Source: Raphidiopsis brookii D9 (GTDB taxonomy: Bacteria > Cyanobacteriota > Cyanobacteriia > Cyanobacteriales > Nostocaceae). Taken from it: 32,000 bases of DNA. The stretch covers positions 1 through 32,000 of the forward strand of contig ACYB01000031.1 of the NCBI GenBank assembly GCA_000175855.1, written 5' to 3'. The notes below the pieces were generated by a model that was not told the DNA's origin, made no database searches, and saw only the letters and a list, made by a program, of their open reading frames with translations. The translations under genes and the position numbers were made by a program. Below are positions 29,036 to 32,000 of the stretch, piece by piece. Each line of letters opens with the position of its first letter. Position 1 is the first letter of the stretch.

Positions 29036-29053
29036 CGGAAATTATAGTCCCCA

Positions 29054-29449
29054 CTAAAAAATACGGTCTATCAATTGACGACGTTTTTGCTCGAATTCAT
29101 ATTCAGAAATCAACCCTTCCTCACGCAAAGCATCCAACTCACGTAAAGCATTAGCCACCGATTCTACATGGGTGCTCACTTCCGGGGAACTGTTAACTGA
29201 TAAGTTACCAGAATTAAACTTCCTGTTAAAAGTCTCCTCATCCTGTGTCAGATACCACACCCCCTCTATAGCACTAGCTATTTTGGGAATTGGTGTCCAC
29301 GACAACAATACATACACAATTCCCCATAGTGGTTGTCCCAAATAAAACTTGTGTAATCCGGAAATAGCGATCGCACCGGAAAAGGCCAGCACAGCCGCAA
29401 TGGCGCGGTTTTTCCGTTTTAGGAGCATACCCAATTGCACAAAACCCAC
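29054..29449 (-). CDS. TM2 domain-containing protein with SHOCT-like C-terminus
   Basis: 131 aa; 'KRKNRAIAAVLAFSGAIAISGLHKFYLGQPLWGIVYVLLSWTPIPKIASAIEGVWYL' (TM2) and C-terminal 'LRELDALREEGLISEYEFEQKRRQLI' (SHOCT-like). Confidence 0.88.
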   Translation of the reverse strand: MGFVQLGMLLKRKNRAIAAVLAFSGAIAISGLHKFYLGQPLWGIVYVLLSWTPIPKIASAIEGVWYLTQDEETFNRKFNSGNLSVNSSPEVSTHVESVANALRELDALREEGLISEYEFEQKRRQLIDRIF

Positions 29450-29579
29450 CTAAACCTAAAGTTTGCTTAGAAAACACTTTCTTTAACTCCTAGGGTAGCA
29501 CGAACTAATTAGGGAGGAGGGAATTCCCCGAAATAACTATTGCCAAAGCGGCCAGTTTGACCTCCAGACCTTAGCTAGG

Positions 29580-29984
29580 ATGAATTTTTGGAATCGACCC
29601 CCAAACAAATCAGGAGTTTTGATTATGATGATGATGATGACTGAATCCTTGACCACGGAAATGCAAAACTGCATCAATGCTACCACAGAATGTCATAAAA
29701 TCTGTTTAGAAACCATGACCTACTGTATGAGTCAAGGTGGTAAATATATGAGTGCCAGTCTCATCAGTGCCATGCGTGACTGCTCAGAATTCTGCATGAT
29801 ATGTACCAACATGCTAATTAGCGGTTCCCTATCTGCAGGAAAGACTTGTGCACTCTGTGCAGAAATATGCGATCGCTGTGCATTAGCTTGTGAGAGCATA
29901 TCCACTGATAAAAAAATGATAGGCTGTGCCAGTGCTTGTCGTAATTGTGCAGAAGCTTGTCGAGGAGTTAAAGTAGGAGTGTAA
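29580..29984 (+). CDS. Four-helix-bundle copper-binding protein (Csp/DUF326-like), Cys-rich
   Basis: 134 aa ORF with 16 Cys in 'MQNCINATTECHKICLETMTYC...DCSEFCMICTN...TCALCAEICDRCALAC...GCASACRNCAEAC'. AGGAG at 29612-29616 suggests the true start is the ATG run at 29625-29639, not 29580. Confidence 0.88.
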   Translation: MNFWNRPPNKSGVLIMMMMMTESLTTEMQNCINATTECHKICLETMTYCMSQGGKYMSASLISAMRDCSEFCMICTNMLISGSLSAGKTCALCAEICDRCALACESISTDKKMIGCASACRNCAEACRGVKVGV

Positions 29985-30010
29985 GTTCATAGAGGGGGAC
30001 AGGGAATATA

Positions 30011-30029
30011 GAGAATATTTAGTATTCTC
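30011..30029 (+). terminator. Inverted repeat GAGAATA-tttag-TATTCTC downstream of the Csp-like gene
   Basis: Perfect 7-bp stem, 5-nt loop, 26 nt after the stop codon; no T-tract follows. Confidence 0.35.
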
Positions 30030-30235
30030 CCGGGCAAAATGCGAGGTGGTAATACCTGTTCCCCAATAAATCATGATGAGGTTTCAGAGACCTTTGTAGT
30101 TTGGTCTAGACTTAATTTTAAAGGTATTTTAAAAGAATAAAGAAAGAATTGGGTAAATTTCACCTATGAAGTTCGGTTATACCACCCCCATGATGTAGAC
30201 GAAAGACTATAAGCTAGAGATCATGTAGTGCGGTG

Positions 30236-30256
30236 TATACTTTAATTATACTTTAA
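30236..30256 (+). promoter_or_regulatory. Tandem TATACTTTAA repeat upstream of the histidine-kinase-like gene
   Basis: TATACTTTAA at 30236-30245 and again at 30247-30256, one helical turn (11 nt) apart, about 50 nt upstream of the GTG at 30304. Confidence 0.3.
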
Positions 30257-30303
30257 CTATAGTTCAAATAATCGTCTCATAGTCAATCAAAGGGTGAAAA
30301 CCT

Positions 30304-31833
30304 GTGTACCAATGGATTTTACCAAGTTTGGCAGAAATTCTGGCTCAAAGCCAATCCCACACAGTTCCATGTTCATCTGAAAAAGCAGAACAACAATGGC
30401 GTGTCGGTCTTGCTGCTGCAGAACATCTCCTCCTAACGACTCTAACACCTACAACACCCCATCATACCACTCCAGGTTTTTGGTTTTTGACTGCACCAAC
30501 TCCTCTGTTTGGTCAACCCAATCTGACTCAAAACCTACAGATAGTCACCTTCGCGACTAAACCTTTTAACCCTTTGGCTTTAATGCCATTTGATATATCA
30601 CCAAAAGTGTTAGCAAACCAGGGCAATTTACTCTTTGATCAAGATACTACTATTAGAAGTAATACTTACTATTCCTATCTGTATAATAACAATAATAGCA
30701 TTCTCCCTGATAATTCTATTTTACCTTTATTAGCCCCCGATCCCCTGGGAAATGAGCAGTTTTGTCTAGTATTTACAGAAAAATTTACACTGGCTTTAGT
30801 ATTATCAGCTCCCACTGGTAGTAAAAAAGAGTTTTTATTTTCCTTTGAGCCGAATGTGGTTAAACAAGCTTGGCAAGCATTAGGAACAAGATTAGTTTTG
30901 ACTAATCCAGAATTGTTTTCCCAATTAGATGCTAGGATTGGGAATTACCCCCTAACTGCACCAAACTATCAAACCATTATTCAATTTAGTCAATTTTTGC
31001 TTGCTGAATTACCAGAATCAATTGACAGGCCCACCCATTCTTTTCCTATCTTTTCCTTTCCCCAGGATCCCGTTTTGTCATCTGCAAAACCTCCTTCCCG
31101 TTCTGATGTAGAACTACTGCAGGCATTTTCCCATGAGGTGCGCACACCTTTGACAACTATTCGTACCATGACACGACTGCTATTAAAGCGACAGGATTTA
31201 CCTGGAACTGTTGTCAAACGTTTGGAAGTTATTGATCACGAATGTACTGAGCAGATTGACCGTATGGAGTTATTATTTAAGGCCGCAGAGTTAGAAACTT
31301 CTGAAACTTCAAATTCCCAAACCGGGCAAATTGGTTCCCAGCTCACACCAATGTCCTTAAATCAGATCCTAGAACAAATTATTCCCCGTTGGCAACAAGC
31401 AGCAACTCGACGTAACTTGACTTTAGATGTAGCTTTACCTCAACAATTGCCAACAGTAGTTAGCAATCCCGCTATGCTAGATCGTGTACTAACTGGATTA
31501 ATGGAGAGTTTTACCCGCAGTTTACCTCCTGGTAGTTCTATTCAAGTTCAAGTTATTCCTGCAGGTCACCAACTTAAATTACAGTTATTACCTCGGTTGG
31601 GTTGTCATAATTCTACTAAAGATGTTCACCTACCCATTCGTAAAGCTCTTGGTCAATTGTTAATTTTTCAACCAGAGACTGGCACTATTAGTTTGAATGT
31701 TGCTGCGACTAAACACCTATTTCAGTCTATAGGTGGCAAGTTGATTGTGCGGCAAAATTCCCAATATGGTGAGGTAATGACACTATTTCTACCTTTGGAA
31801 ATTGATCCTAAGCACTCTATGGTACCGTCTTAA
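30304..31833 (+). CDS. Histidine-kinase-like protein with HisKA H-box and degenerate C-terminal ATPase-like region (GTG start)
   Basis: 509 aa; 'LLQAFSHEVRTPLTTIRTMTRLLLKR' H-box; the region where N/G1/F/G2 boxes are expected reads 'NPAMLDRVLTGLMESFTRSLPPGSSIQVQVIPAGHQLKLQLLPRLG...ATKHLFQSIGGKLIVRQNSQYGEVMTLFLPLE', with no DxGxG. Confidence 0.75.
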   Translation: MYQWILPSLAEILAQSQSHTVPCSSEKAEQQWRVGLAAAEHLLLTTLTPTTPHHTTPGFWFLTAPTPLFGQPNLTQNLQIVTFATKPFNPLALMPFDISPKVLANQGNLLFDQDTTIRSNTYYSYLYNNNNSILPDNSILPLLAPDPLGNEQFCLVFTEKFTLALVLSAPTGSKKEFLFSFEPNVVKQAWQALGTRLVLTNPELFSQLDARIGNYPLTAPNYQTIIQFSQFLLAELPESIDRPTHSFPIFSFPQDPVLSSAKPPSRSDVELLQAFSHEVRTPLTTIRTMTRLLLKRQDLPGTVVKRLEVIDHECTEQIDRMELLFKAAELETSETSNSQTGQIGSQLTPMSLNQILEQIIPRWQQAATRRNLTLDVALPQQLPTVVSNPAMLDRVLTGLMESFTRSLPPGSSIQVQVIPAGHQLKLQLLPRLGCHNSTKDVHLPIRKALGQLLIFQPETGTISLNVAATKHLFQSIGGKLIVRQNSQYGEVMTLFLPLEIDPKHSMVPS

Positions 31834-31842
31834 CTCTACTAA

Positions 31843-32000
31843 TTAACAACTTTTAATTGGTTGGTTAATTGGCAGGCCCATTGCTAAAAGTGCAGTACCG
31901 TAAGCTGCTTCCGTGTGGGTGGATGGTATGACATTTGTTTTTAAAAATCTCTTTCTCATAGCAGTCCACGTAGAGTTAACTGCTCCACTACCAGCAGTAT
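31843..32000 (-). CDS. C-terminal fragment of an FGGY-type carbohydrate kinase (truncated by the window edge)
   Basis: Reverse-strand translation (not in the supplied track) '...AGGGAVNSTWTAMRKRFLKTNVIPSTHTEAAYGTALLAMGLPINQPIKSC*' resembles the FGGY C-terminal 'GGGAxNxxWxxixxxxxxxPV...tEAAYGAALLA' motif; stop at 31843-31845. Confidence 0.6.
   Translation of the reverse strand, partial: TAGSGAVNSTWTAMRKRFLKTNVIPSTHTEAAYGTALLAMGLPINQPIKSC

Noticed and set aside
30304-31833. Pseudogene call for the histidine-kinase-like ORF
   Set aside because: The 509-aa frame is intact with an orderly H-box and C-terminal strands; loss of ATP-binding motifs alone does not show decay and could be a functional specialisation.
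1-32000. Defence island / novel immune system
   Set aside because: The NYN-domain, PIN-domain and GTPase proteins could suggest defence in isolation, but they are scattered among housekeeping genes with no operon linking them and no accompanying effector/sensor modules.
1-32000. tRNA or rRNA genes
   Set aside because: I scanned the intergenic gaps by eye for T-arm (GGTTCGAATCC-like) and cloverleaf patterns and found none; tRNAscan-SE would be decisive.

Overview
This window looks like ordinary core chromosome of a filamentous (Nostocales-type) cyanobacterium. That assignment is an inference from gene content (ChlH, DUF3727/YqeG/RuvX cluster, plastoquinone-type prenyltransferase), low GC and many GCGATCGC (HIP1) octamers. 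I support about 27 complete protein-coding genes plus one truncated at the right edge. They include a LabA-like NYN protein, leuA, a Zn-dehydrogenase, a PiT phosphate permease, a coiled-coil/EamA fusion, a DUF29-like protein, chlH, an AlkB-like dioxygenase, a membrane-anchored dynamin-like GTPase, YqeG/DUF3727/RuvX, a double-GNAT protein, ubiA-type prenyltransferase, ppx/gppA, a 2OG-Fe(II) oxygenase, a divergent phosphoketolase-like TPP enzyme, a PIN/TRAM protein, hemW, lepB, an HhH protein, a TM2-domain protein, a Cys-rich four-helix-bundle copper-binding protein, a histidine-kinase-like protein with a degenerate ATPase half, and the 3' end of an FGGY-type sugar kinase. I see no tRNA, rRNA, CRISPR array, intact IS element or recognisable defence system. 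I did not find a convincing new multi-gene system. The best leads are the divergent phosphoketolase-like enzyme (22990-25203), the histidine kinase that keeps its H-box but lacks ATP-binding motifs (30304-31833), the coiled-coil/EamA fusion (5016-7049), a diverged direct duplication next to an orphan DUF29-like gene (7250-7720), and a short RBS-preceded ORF upstream of leuA (769-813).
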